From Neodothiora populina (lineage: Eukaryota), in contig NW_027191409.1 in NCBI RefSeq assembly GCF_041146345.1, forward strand, positions 1,798,001-1,862,000: a stretch of DNA of 64,000 nt. The letters run 5' to 3'. This document shows positions 1-12,796 of this stretch, piece after piece (position 1 is the first letter of the stretch; each line of letters starts with the position of its first letter). Made by a program: the position numbers and the translations under genes. The notes beneath the pieces were generated by a model. That model was given only the letters and a program-made list of their open reading frames with translations. It made no database searches and was not told the origin of the DNA.

Positions 1-1590
1 CGGACTTGAAAGGCTCTGTCTCTGTCGGGCGAGATCACATCTCACTCAAGCCACATGAGTCTTACGAAGGCTGCCACAGATGGGATCCGGATGCTGTATG
101 GACAGCAGAAGAAGAGTCCCGGGTGATAAGGAAGGCGGATATTCTCTTGCTATCTTGGATTTGCTTGATGTTCTTTGGCCTACAGCTGGATCGCGGGAAT
201 CTATCAAACGCGCTGGCGGACGATCTACTCAAGGACCTCAAGATTAACAGCAACGACTATAACAATGTGAGCACGGAAGACGAAAAAGCTATGCCAACCG
301 AAATCTGACTTTCTCCAGGGTACTACTGTCCAATTGGTATGCTTTCTTCTCGCCGAGTTCCCTGTTCAGCTGGTCATCAAACGATATGGATTCAAACGCG
401 TTCTTCCTCTCATGATGATGGGCTGGGGTACGGTCTCATGGGCTCAAGCTTTCATGACGGGTAAAGCTGGATTCTATGTCACGCGATGCCTGATTGGTCT
501 CTTCGAGGGTGGTTTCATCCCTGGCACAATCCTTTTTGCCTCTTATTTCTACACGTCTGCCGAGCTTTCTACCCGTCTCGCTGCGTTCTGGTCGACCCTC
601 AATATTGCAAGAGTTATCTCCGCCTTGCTGGCAGCAGGCATCTTGAAAATGCGCGGGGTGGGCGGTAGGCCCGGCTGGTTCTGGCTTTTCCTGCTCGAGG
701 GACTTCTGACTTTCTTGATTGGTTTTGTCAGTTACTTCTACCTGCCACACTCGCCTACACACACGAAAGGCGTGATCTGGCGCAAGCCATGGTACACGGA
801 GAGGGAAGAGGTGATTATGGTTAACCGCATTCTGCGTGATGACCCAGCGAAAGGTCTGACTGCTATTCGCGAACCGGCGACAATGCGCGACATCATTGAC
901 ACGTGGAAAGACTCATCCATGTGGGGTCTGTATTTCATTGGGCTTGTGGCCTACATCCCTGCGGCCCCCATCTCGAGTTATTTGACCCTCACATTGAAGA
1001 GACTCGGCTATACGACGTTCGACAGCAACATGCTCACGATTCCTTATGCGGTGTTGCAGATCATCACCATGCTTACTCTTGCGTGGAGTAGTAACCACTT
1101 TGCAGAACGTACCTGGCATTGCTTCTTCGGCGAGTTTTTCATCCTACCTTTGCTCGCCGCTCTACTGGGCCTGCCATCTGGCGGCCGCAACTGGGCACGC
1201 TTCGCTATCTCGACACTGGTCTCGGGATACCCGTACTTCCACCCTATAGTCGTGGCATGGATCAGCGAAAACTCTTTTGACGTCAAAAAACGTGCCATAT
1301 CGGCCGCCACGTACAACGTCATTGTGCAGATCGGATCCATTATCTCGAGTCAAATCTACCGCGCCGACGATTCACCTTACTACTACAGAGGCAACAAGGT
1401 GCTTATTTCGATCTGCGCATTGAGTCTTGTCACCTTCGTCCTCCAGAGGGAATATCTGAGATATTTGAACAGAAAGAAGGAAAGAGTGTGGGATCAGATG
1501 AGTACGCAAGAGAAGGAGGGATATGTGGCCGATCAGGCGGCTAGAGAAGCAGATGGAAACAAGAGACTGGACTTTAGATTCCAATACTGA
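1..1590 (+). CDS. MFS transporter, Dal5/allantoate permease (ACS) family; 5' end lies outside the window
   Basis: Motifs RKAD..LL, LQLDRGNLSNA, GLFEGGFIPG, GWFWLFLLEG and C-terminal FRFQY. Intron 267-318 (GTGAGC..CTGAC..CAG) joins ORFs 6..308 and 334..1590 in frame. Confidence 0.92.
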
Positions 1591-2029
1591 ACGAGGAATG
1601 GACAGTGTTGTACGAAGGGGAGATGGGAAAAATAATGAAACTAGACGAATATGAAAAGCAAGAGAGATGCATTGAGACTCATTTGGACAACTGTCAGTAA
1701 GTGGCAAACTCGTCTATCGTGTTGTCTTTTTGTCGGTTCTCTGTATGCACTTGATAATAATGCACACGAGTCACACGGTCATGCCCGATCTATCTGCCGC
1801 ATGTACGACACGCTTGCATCTTCTTAGATAAGCGAAAGCGTCGTAGAAGTCACGCGAAAGTAGCCGCAGACCACGAAATAGATTCTGTCTGAGATCACTC
1901 AAAGGCAAGCGCGTGGGAAGTATGTTAGATCAAATGTGGCTTGGTGGCCGACGTGGCAGTGCAGGAGGAAAGTGGCTGCATATTGACCAACAATTACTCG
2001 TACCCATACGCTATTATTGAATATTTCAG

Positions 2030-2410
2030 GCGCGATCCGGACGAATCGAACTACCCGATGGCGAGGCCAAGGCTCCAGGCTCTTCGCATTCTGTTGCATG
2101 GCTTTTTACCATTGTTCAATGGTCCCTGACGTCCGCATCTCAAGGAACATATCATCTCGCTCGTCCGCTATGGATAACTGCTGTGTTCGGCGAAGACATT
2201 CTTCCGGCCAAGGTGGAGATGCACAATCACGAAGCAGCAAATGATGATGGATATACTTGTAGCATGTGGACCTGGTATAGATCGAGGATGCGGAGTACAC
2301 GCCGTACTGTACGTGCGGTGGCAGACATGTTTCGATTTCTCCGTCGAGAAGCTCGAGACGAGGTTCGCATCGAGGAGTTCGCAGATCACATTGAAACGGA
2401 CCGGTCGTAA
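2030..2410 (+). pseudogene. Possible BTB/POZ-like gene relic
   Basis: An open frame after a TTTCAG acceptor reads ARSGRIELPDGE...VAWLFT, reminiscent of fungal BTB 'EA..G.IELPDD.....YLYT'. No intact upstream exon found. Confidence 0.22.
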
Positions 2411-5014
2411 GCGACACCCGCCCTCGCTTGGGCGCACCTCCCGCCCGCCCCTAGGAATCTGCCAGATGAGATGTGAACCAGCGAGAGAAATACACGACAA
2501 CGGTTGCATCATAGTACGGTGATCGGGTCTGACTACTGTATATGGAGTTGACGAAACGGATGAAGTTTTCCTCCTTTTTTTCCCACTTGCGCAAGTAAAA
2601 TGCACCGACAGCATTCGGAGCCATGTTTTGCAGGGGTTTTTTTTTTGTTTAGACCCACAAATCTGGATAGCGGCGATCGAGCGAATCGCGGGTAGTGAGA
2701 TGAGTCTTGTTGACCAAGCTCCCGTGATATGTATACAATAAATATATGAAGTGTTCGTTGGAGTACTGTATCTGATAAAACACACGCCTGCTCGGTCGCG
2801 GATATACATGCAGAGTCATTAGCGAAACACCATACTCACGAGTCACAGTGCTCCCAAAGTATGTCCCGCATGATTCACGAGTGCAAGACAGGCGGGTTCA
2901 TGCGCCTCTTTGCCTTATTCTGCTTTTCGCTTTCTGCTGTCTGCTACTATCGACCCGCTTGTGTAGGGTAAGAAATTTCTTTCATTCTGACCCTCGTCGC
3001 TCTTGATTTCCCTGATGAAAGAAAAATCCCAGAGCTAGCGCCAATGACTGTTGTGAGGTCGCAATTAGGATTATAGTTCAAGCACTGTCGTAAGTGGAGA
3101 TATCGCAAACGGGCGTGGCTTTAATTATGAAAATTTCTCTCAGAACGGGCGCGGGGCCAGGGCAAACAAGTAAACTCGGGTCTTTTCTCTCACAGGCAGG
3201 GCTTTTCCGAAGAGCTTCTCCGGGCGCGAAAGGATAATTGATTAAGAACAACGGGTCAAGCTGTTTACCTGCAGTTTCACGTTTTGTTGGATGACACAAG
3301 GGTCGAGTCAATAGCAAGTCAACGGGGCGGCCGAGGAAAGCTGGGGGTGCTTTTCGGAGGTTCAGACAAGACAAGTATTGCCTCATGCATGAAGCAACCA
3401 GGGGCCAGATAATCCTCTATTTGCGACACAACAACCTGTAGAGAAACAAAAAACGCAGTGAAATGCTCATACTGCTTTGTATGCGTAGTAGTAGGACACC
3501 TGCTGGCGAGAACCAAGAAGAGAATATAGTAGTGTCGCCTGTGCACAAGACAAGCGAAGCCGAACGAGCGGATCGATGCCGCCATTGGAGCTGTCGGCAA
3601 GATGGAAACGCCGATCATATCAACGGAAAGCCTCGAAAAGGAAATCGAGTCTCAATAATGCGAAATCTTATCGAAGCCGTAAATGTCTGCTGGTGGTAGA
3701 ATTCACTGAAAACCATTCACCTGAGTGGAGAATGCTCTGTGTGTGCAGAATAGATACTGGGCGCAAGAGTCGACAGATACACACGCGTCGTGTCGTGCAG
3801 GAATGCGCAAGCTGAGGGAGATTGTCAGCAGCAACAGCAGGCATTGTACAGTATGCTGGTCCCTGCTACACACCGCCACAGCTGACCCAGCCATTTGACA
3901 CAAACAACGTGTGATTTGGAAAAGACGAGTCTGGGCCAAGCCACACGTGAATAATGAGAACACAAACAACTCGACATTCCATACACATACCGCCCCTCGA
4001 TTGGTGTATGCTGTATACCGTGGCTGTGCTGCGTGGCTGAGGCCTTCCGGAGTAGGCGTTCTCCTAGCGCGACGCCATAACTCTAAATGGCATTGAGTGA
4101 CGATCCGTGCGCAGATGGTTCCAGGCTGGACGCTGGAGGGCTGCCATCCCTTTACCTACTGTGGTAAGAGCTCTGACGCAACACAAACCTGATTTCCCAC
4201 AGCTGCGGAGCTTGTTCGTTTTGTCAACGCAACGCACACAGGCTGATGAAACAAGTCGCTTGCTTGTGTCAACCCACCTGGTTTGTTTACCCGCACAGGC
4301 GACTCTTCACGCCTGGTGGGTGATCAATGCTGTAAGCGCTCAACAGTTGATGGAACATGAAAGGGGCTGGGCGAGGTGACGGCGAAAGTGAGAGCAACAG
4401 ACAAATAAAAACAGCAAGGGTCCCTTCCAGGGCCTTCCAGGGTTCACCTTCGGTCTTGTTTATCCAAAGCATTGGGCAGGGCAGGTACGAGAGAGGTACA
4501 AGCACAAGCACGGCAGGAGCACAGAGAGATTGCGTTGCAGATCGCCCGATAGACGCTGGAAGCAACGCACATTTTACACTTTGCTAGGGCAGGTGCCTCT
4601 ACCTTTGGGTACCTACCTTAGACAGGCATATGCCATCATCGGTGCTTGGAAGCTCATTCGTCTTTCTCTTATTTATCTCGTGCGACATCATCATAACCTC
4701 TTGGGACAATCAGAACCTTGCCTTGTATTACATTACTTGCCGTACTTACGGTAATATCCAAAGGGATCGCCAACCTCCTGGATTATTTACTCCACCCTCT
4801 CGTACCCTACTTGGGCTCTATTGATCCTTTACCATTTTTCTTTTCCTTTGCATCACGGAGGTCGAGTATATCTCAGCCCCGCTTTCTGCACTCGACAGTC
4901 ATTGCGACGCCCACGACATCAGCTTCGGCTTTCACATTGAAGGCGCAGAGAACGCTTTGACTTTGATTGACCGCTGTGTCATCTCTATACCAGCGCGTCC
5001 ACTGATCCTTCAAT

Positions 5015-7899
5015 ATGTCCGACCCCGCAGGCAGCCACCAGGACACCAGCACCCCATCGGCATCGTCCTTTCTGGTGACATTGATTCCCGTTCTTGTCAT
5101 CTCCTCGGTCGTCTTGGGCGTGTTCCTGTTGTTCAGGCCTAAGGTCCGTCGTGTCTATGAACCTCGGACATTTATTCCACTCCTTGATGATTAGTATGTT
5201 GATGTTCCATATTATGGCGCCTTGCCGGGGCCGACTGACATTTCATGATAGTGAGAAAACACCGCAGCCGTCAAACAGCAGGTTTGGGTGGATTTCAGAC
5301 TTCCGTAGCATGCAGGATGACTATGTCTTGAACCACTCGTCGCTCGACAACTACCTTTTCCTCCGCATGTTCAAGGTTATGGCCTTCATCTGTATCGTGG
5401 GAACGCTCATCACGTGGCCCATTCTCATGCCTATCAATGCTACTGGTAATACTTCTGCTCTTCTCCACAAAGCCTGATCAATGCTGATGCGATTGCCCTT
5501 TGCGCAGGTGGATTTACCAACAAACAATTCGATAAGATCGCCTTCTCAAATGTCAACCCGGCCACCCATCCTAATTACTACTATGCACATTGTCTGGTCG
5601 CCTGGGTCTTCCTCGGTAAGCTTTCTATCTTTATGTTTCGATCTGATCCTAGCCCCCAATCATGTGTATACTGATCTCGAGACTTTACCATAGGCTTCGT
5701 CATGCTCGTCATCACTCGCGAGACAGTCATGTTCATCACCCTTCGACAATCTATCATCTTTTCACAGGCCTACAAGAGCCGCATCTCGAACAGGACTGTA
5801 CTCTTCACAACTGTGCCCAAGGATCTTCAGAGCGAGACTGCTCTTCGCGAGCTTTTCTCTGGCGTGCGCCGCGTCTGGATCCAGCCTCAAATAAAGGAAC
5901 TCAGTGATCTTGTAGGTGACAGAGACAAGGCTGTTAGCAAACTCGAGGCAGCAGAAAACAAGCTGTGTATCACTCTTGTCAAGAACCGCAAAAAGGCCGA
6001 AAAGAAAGCTGCCAAAAGTGGCAAGACTGACGATATCCCACTGGTCGAGAACGAGCGTGATGGCGGCGAAGCAGCCAGAATCGAAATGAACAAGAAGGAC
6101 CGTCCTACTCACAGACTTAAGATCCCCTTGATTGGCAAGAAGGTCGACACAATTGACTGGGCCAGGCCGGAGATCCAGTCACTCAACGACAAAATCGACG
6201 CAGCTGCCACAAAGGTCCGAAACGCCGACAAGGTGCCTGCCGCTTTCGTCGAATTCGAGACTCTCGAAGCCGCTCAGTTTGCTTGGCGTCAAGTCAAGTC
6301 GCGCAAGCTTTGGAAGAAGGACAACATCACTCCCAAGACCCTTGGTGTGCAGCCTGAGGATGTCATCTGGAAGAACCTGGGCAATAACGAGATCAAGAAC
6401 AAGCTCTTCTCTATTGCATGCAATACCTTCGTTACCGTTCTGGTCATCTTTTGGGCTATCCCCGTGGCCTTTGTCGGTGCCATCTCCAACATCGGCACTC
6501 TGACCAAATACAGCTTCCTTGCATGGATCAACGACATTCCCACCGTGCTCCTCGGTGTCGTCTCCGGTCTTATCCCCGCTGTTCTTCTTGCAGTCTTGAT
6601 GGCCCTCGTGCCTATCATCATGAGACTCTTGGCAGGATTGTTCATGCCCACTCGATCAGGTGTTGAGCTGAAGACTCAGTCTTGGTATTTCGCTTTCCAA
6701 GTCGTCGATGTCTTTTTGGTCACCACCTTCGCTTCGGGAGCCGCTTCCACTGCCTCGACCATCGTGGACGACCCGTCTCAGGCTCCTACGCTGCTGGCTC
6801 AGAACCTCCCCAAAGCCTCGAATTTCTACACCGCCTATTTCGTCGTCACCATGTTGCAACAAGCTGCCATGGTCGTGTTGAATGTCGCTCCCCTGCTTTT
6901 CGCTCTGGTTCTTGGCAAGATTCTCGACAAGACACCCAGAAAGGTTTACAACCGCTATACTAACCTCATCGGTCTTGGCTGGGGCTCTGTATATCCCGCA
7001 TTCGTCATGCTCGGGTGTATCGGTACGTCCCACCCTGTCCATATTTGCTCAACCCTGATACTAACAACCAACAAGCAATCGCATACTCGTGTATCGCCCC
7101 TCTCTTGCTGGGTTTTGCCTCGGTTGGATTTGGCGTCCTTTACCTCGCGTACCGATACCAGCTCTTTTATGTCATCGGCAACCACTCTATTGACATGAAG
7201 GGCAGGGCTTACGCACGTGGCCTCCAGCAGTTGACTGTCGGTGTCTACCTCTCCGAGTTCTGTCTTATCGGCTTGTTTGCCATTGGATGTGCATCCAGCC
7301 CTGATTGTGCTGGACCACTTGTTCTCATGATCATCTTCACCGTCTTCACTGTCATCTACCATGTCATCCTGAAGATGACTTTGGGCCCTATCATCGAAGG
7401 CCTCGAGCTCATCCCAGGGACTGAAGGTGACAGCATGATGACCAAGGACCACTCGCTGGCGGAGACCGAAGAGGGACGCCCTACCAAGGATACACTCTCG
7501 CCCACAGAAACCTCTGCCTCCACAGCGGACCCCGCTAAGAAGAGCATGTTCCAAAAGGGCAGAGGCTTCCTTCTCAAGTTCTTCTTCAGCAGTCCCTTGG
7601 CAAGAAAGTTCTTCTACCCGAAGCATGGACTTGCTGCTCACTTCGACAACCCTATCCGCCCTTACACGGAGGAGGAGGAGAGCGAAGCTTACCTGCCCCC
7701 AGCCATCACCAGTCGCATGCAGGTCGTCTGGATCGCCCGCGACCCTTACGGACTCAGCAAACAAGAGGTTGCTGGATGCGAAGAGTTCAACATCCCTGCT
7801 TCTGATGCTGAGGCATCGCTTACCGAGAAGGCCGCCGTTCATTGGGACCAAGAGAGACTCAGACACGCACCTATCTACGAGGAAGAGGTTCCTTACTAG
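5015..7899 (+). CDS. CSC1/OSCA/TMEM63 (DUF221, PHM7/RSN1-like) calcium-permeable mechanosensitive channel
   Basis: ATG 5015, N-terminal TM then VYEPRT; SLDNYLFLR, RTVLFTTVP, AAFVEF, PEDVIWKNL, LPKASNFY, LAYRYQLFYV. Introns about 5194-5251, 5447-5508, 5616-5693 and 7023-7075. Confidence 0.92.
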
Positions 7900-8537
7900 G
7901 TCGTGTCTGCTCTGCGGAGAAGTTCGTGAACGTCGTCACCAGACTGCTGCGACTTCTAAAATCACACCTGGCGCCACCCGATCTAATGAATCGAGTTTAA
8001 TCTGTGTCAGCCACGCAACAAGGCGAAACATGGCACGAACACACAAGTAGGAGAGTGACGATAAGTCCATATACGCCGTTCAGATGGTATGGCGGACACT
8101 TTCTTTCCGGAGGAGTTCGAGGCGGGAACTCGTTTTATGGACGTATTGCTCGATACCCCTTTCCGATTTTGCGTTTCACATCATTTTATAACAGTAACGA
8201 CGATTCTTTAATAGTAAATGAACATGACTTTCTCTTATATGATACTGCCGCTCAATTTTTTTGTGCTATGGACTGAGTATAGCATTGATTCTTGTCATGC
8301 GCGGAGCAACGACATTGGCAACCGAGATCTTTCGGAAAGTTTTCATACCCAAGTAGCTGTGAAGCCCGGCTGATAGGCACAAGGTATGAGATGGCTAGCC
8401 ACATGTCTCGAGAGTCCGTTGCTCGTCTATCTACGATGTCCTGTATGGTCTTGTAGAATCTAAAATAAACACCGCATTGAGTCATATTATACTTCCTCAC
8501 ACGTGCCAGAGAAAGATCGAATCGGGGAATCTTCAGC

Positions 8538-10547
8538 TCAAAAGATAGCATCAACAACCCTCTTGAACACCGACCTCTGCTTCAACGCGACATCGATCTT
8601 CTCCTCTTCCTCGTCGACGAAACTCCGGCGACCGGTGTCGAGGTCCATGTCTTTGGCGCTGACCCACATCTTCCACTGGCGCGTGTAGACTTTCCAGCCG
8701 AGCCAGAGCGCTATCGCCACGACGGCTGCTAGGTAGTTTTCGAAGAAGGAGGTTGCGTTCGGGCTGGAGCCTAGAGGCTATCAATTGTGAAGATGTGGTC
8801 GTTAGTATTCATGTATCCTTTTTCACGTTTTCGAGGGTAGGGAAGCAATGCAATGCATCATCTCGGACTTACCCAAACGGAAATATAAAACTCGGCGATC
8901 AAGCACAGCATGACGAGAAGGAATCCGCACCAGCTGCCCCAAACGCCCAGAGGACTCCTCCAGGGGATCTCGTCGAGCGAACGACCCTGCGCCTTCCAGC
9001 CCGCGCGGAACCGTATGTGCGAAAAGCAGATGCTGCCCCAGCAGAAGAGGCCGGCGAGACCGGAGATGGACAGTAGCCAGGTGAAGAAAGTGGTTCCGAC
9101 GGATGCTTCGTTGATGAAGGCAAGTAGGCCAAAGCAAATCTGGATCACGATGGCCCAGACTGGACGGCCTTTGGAGTCAAGCCAGGTCAGGAATCTAGGA
9201 GCCATTTGCTTGTGGGCGAGGGCGTGGATTGTGCGAGTTGAGGCGAATGTACATGAGTTTGCGACTGAAATGACCGAGATGGTAATGACGACGTTGAAGA
9301 TAGAGGGTAATGCGGGGATGTTGGCGAGTCGAATAGCCAGCACAAAGGGGGAGTCTTTCGTGTTCGATGTAGCTGAGTTGAGGAGCTGATCGCTGTCGTA
9401 CGGGACGATGAGACCGATCAAGAACAATGTCACAACGTAGAAGCCGCAGATACGCCAAAAGACCTGCTTTGAGGCTCTAGGAAGTGTCACGCGAGGGTTC
9501 GCGGCTTCAGCGGCCGCAAGTCCAACTATTGAATCATGTCAGTAGTGTGGGTCGATTGGTCTCGATGAAGTCTAGATATACTCACCAAGCTCAGTTCCGC
9601 TGAACGCAAAGGCGGCGTTCGTGAATACAGACACAAATCCCTTGAAACCATTGTGAAATGCTCCTGGCTTGTGCCAATAATGGGCGCCAATATAGCCACG
9701 TTTATCGGTTGGAACACCACCGCAGTCGATGATGATGGCAAGGATTACAAAACCGATACATGCGACGATTTTAATAATGGCGAGTACGAATTCGACTGGG
9801 CCCAGCATTAGTCAGGATATGAACACTGCCTTCCAGAAGGCTCGGGGACGGACAATGAGGACTCACCTTCTCCGTAACCTCGCACTCCGAATACCTGGAT
9901 GATGATCAGGACCACAAGGAAGACGGTGATCCAGATACCAATGTTCAGGTCTTCGCGCCAGAATCTGATGGTGAGGCCGGCAGCTGTGAGTTCGTACGGC
10001 AAGACGCAGAACCAACTCAGAGCGTACAGCCATCCCATCGAGAAACCCCTACACATTTCCATTATCAGATCCACATGCCAACTGTTTGGGTCACAGTAGG
10101 CGCTTACCAAGAAGGATCAATAAAGCGCAGAGAGTAGTCGAAGAAAGCACCATTGACGGGATACATGACAGCAAGCTCGCCTAGAGATTGCATGGTGAAG
10201 AGTAAGAGTAGACCGATCAGCATGAAACCAAGCAGCTATACAGGAACAAGCAGGTGACTCAGTTAGCATGGTGGTCCTGACGTGGGCAGACTCATGATAT
10301 CACCAACCAGACTTCCAGGTCCACCGGTGCTCAACGAGCCTCCAGATGAGACGAAGAGACCAGCACCGATGGAGCCTCCAATAGCAATCATCTGCATGTG
10401 GCGAGATTTCAGCTCGCGATGAAGCACTTGGTCATCATCGACAGACGTGGTGACCCCAGCTTCATAGTCCGTCTTCCCATACTCTGGCGCTCCACTTAGA
10501 TCATGGCCTTTCTCGGAGAGCGGAGCTTCAGTTATTGGATTGACCAT
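8538..10547 (-). CDS. Amino acid permease (APC/YAT family, Gap1-like)
   Basis: [62 protein letters not shown]; multi-exon. Confidence 0.93.
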
Positions 10548-10696
10548 GGCGAATTGTGGCGCCAGACACCTACAGATCCAGAAGATGAAGCTGCGCTAGG
10601 CTTGGCTCAGAGATTATAGGATTGAACAACTTCAGAAATCAAAACCGAAAGAAACAACTGATAGCAGAGCTGGGTCGAGATGCGGACAGAGTAATA

Positions 10697-11496
10697 CTTA
10701 TCTGTGTGCTCCATACATTTACCATCGTGGTTCTTGCGAACGGACCTGATCTACGTCAATTAAAACGGACGCCCTCCACAGGCTAGGCCGGATAGGATCT
10801 TGCCTTGCCAGATAAGACCGACACAAGAGGTGGAGTTCGATGATCTGAACTCCAGACTTGTGCCAAACATGCCTTTGTGGAGCGATATTAAGCTCATCTC
10901 CCGACACGCTTGATTGCATAGTCGCGTGGTTGCGGGTCGTATTCACAGTCGAGTAATCGACGTGCCCTGATCTGTGAGCCGCGTTCAAGCGGCATTGATC
11001 GTGTCTGCCATGATAGCCAACCAATATTGGAAGGTAAGTTATGGAGAATCTTGCTCGCTGGCGACTCAGAGTAGCTGTTCCAACGATTGACCCAGGTCCT
11101 GACGCACGCGGGCACAACAGTCCATCCCATCTCCATGGTCGTAGGAATGATGCGGCTCATTGCAAACAGCATAGATCAGTCCAGTAACATCACTTGGCCT
11201 TACTCCCTACTCGGCTTATCGAGCCGGCGGATGAGTCGTAAGCTAGTGACCGTAAGTCAGCCGCCAGAATGATAAGAAAAGCACCCAGGAATGGCGAATT
11301 GCGACTTGGCCAGAAATTGACAACATTCGCCTCAAAACGCCACAACGAACCGTCGACACGAGCAGGAGTCGCATTGGGTTTCTTGAATGGCCGCGCGGCT
11401 CTCCATTGGGTACACCGTTGATGAAGGATTCACGTTCGCATGGTTTTACGCTGTCGCTCATACGCGTACAACATGTGCAGCGGCAGATGTCTTATC
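10697..11496. promoter_or_regulatory. Cluster of GATAAG sites upstream of the amino acid permease (AreA/GATA-type nitrogen control)
   Basis: GATAAG/CTTATC at 10697, 10811, 11215, 11271 and 11491. Confidence 0.5.
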
Positions 11497-12239
11497 TCTG
11501 GCTGAAGGGGGCGAAGTGTGAAGAATGGCAGGTTGAAGCGCGTGGGGTTGGTTAGTCGAGGCAGGTGCAGCAATCTGTAGCTAAGAAATTCTTAATCTCT
11601 CCAAGCTTTGATGCCAATTTTACGGCCCGCCTGACTGGGTTCCTTCATTCATGCAGCTTATTTATTTTCATACCTTCTTAATGTGGGAGACCTTTATCAG
11701 TCGGCTGAACCTGATTCGTCAAATCACAGGCCGTGATCAATCCTCCAGGCAATGACGCTGCTCTCAGAGCCTTTGACATGTTGTTTGATCCTGTCCGAGG
11801 CACCTTGGTACCAGGTATATTCATGCAAAAAATGACCGCTCCTCCGGGAAGTAAGACGACCACGGCTTGCAATAGTCAGAGGGAGTCCGTGGATCATAGA
11901 TCATTCATCAAAGGCAACAACATATTACTCATGCACAGCGACAGTCACAAGCTAGCTAGTCAACCCCATTAGAAAGAAGAAAATGATTTATAAAAATCTG
12001 GCAGACTCGGGAAAAGAGGACAAGAAAAGAGGTGCTTCTTCTTCCTTTCCCCCAGTCCGAAGTCTCGGGCCAGCCTTGACACTACTATCAGAGAAACAAA
12101 GGAAAGAAAAAAAGTAAACCACCCTCAAGTCACGCCCTCCTTTTGACCAGAAAAGTATGTTTCCCGAGCAACTGCTTCGACTCCTTCCACTCATTGCTTC
12201 AGTGGTGTTTCTTCAAGAAGCACCGTGAAATCTAGAATC

Positions 12240-12615
12240 TTAGATCAAGAGCGACGAGACCATGATGGCGACAATGGCACAGACAGCCTTGTTAACAAAC
12301 TCCATGCCTACAGCAGATGCAGAAGACATTATAGGGCTAGTCGCCGCAGTGGAGGCAGCACCAGTCTTATCAGCTTCGACAGTAGTGCCTGCAGAGCGCG
12401 AGGCAGACAAGGTAGGAGTGGCGACAGAGAGGTGAGAAGTGCGAGTAGAGTTGCCCCAGTGGCTGTGAGCCAACATGGAAGAACCGCTGACCAAGCCACT
12501 AGGGTAGGCAGATCCAGTGGCCTGGTGGAAACCAGCGCTGGGCGCAGCAGACATAGGAACACCGGTGCCGTATTGACCACGGTAAGCAGCCTTAGACAAG
12601 GGAGTGGATGTGGAT
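12240..12615 (-). CDS. Orphan Ser/Thr/Ala-rich exon ending in a GPI-signal-like hydrophobic tail; probable alternative last exon of the GH72 gene
   Basis: Open frame STSTPLSKAAY...SSASAVGMEFVNKAVCAIVAIMVSSLLI*. Preceded by CTTAC..pyrimidines..AACAG acceptor (12618-12616). No signal peptide; about 180 nt after the GH72 stop. Confidence 0.55.
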
Positions 12616-12796
12616 CTGTTATTGGAAAAGCATAGAGTAAGCCTCCATTCCATTTCTGTTTCTTCTTGATACAACAACAAATATTATTCAGTAAAATCGC
12701 AGGGCTTTCCTCATCCGCTGTCCACGAACCTCGACGACCCACAGAACAAAAACGACATACAGTCCGTTCCCCCTCTTTTGGTGAACCGGAAAATTT

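Noticed and set aside
2168..2809. 213-aa minus-strand ORF
   Set aside because: Runs through poly-A/T tracts with non-coding composition.
6955..7866. 303-aa ORF antisense to the CSC1-like gene
   Set aside because: Shadow of a real gene; not protein-like.
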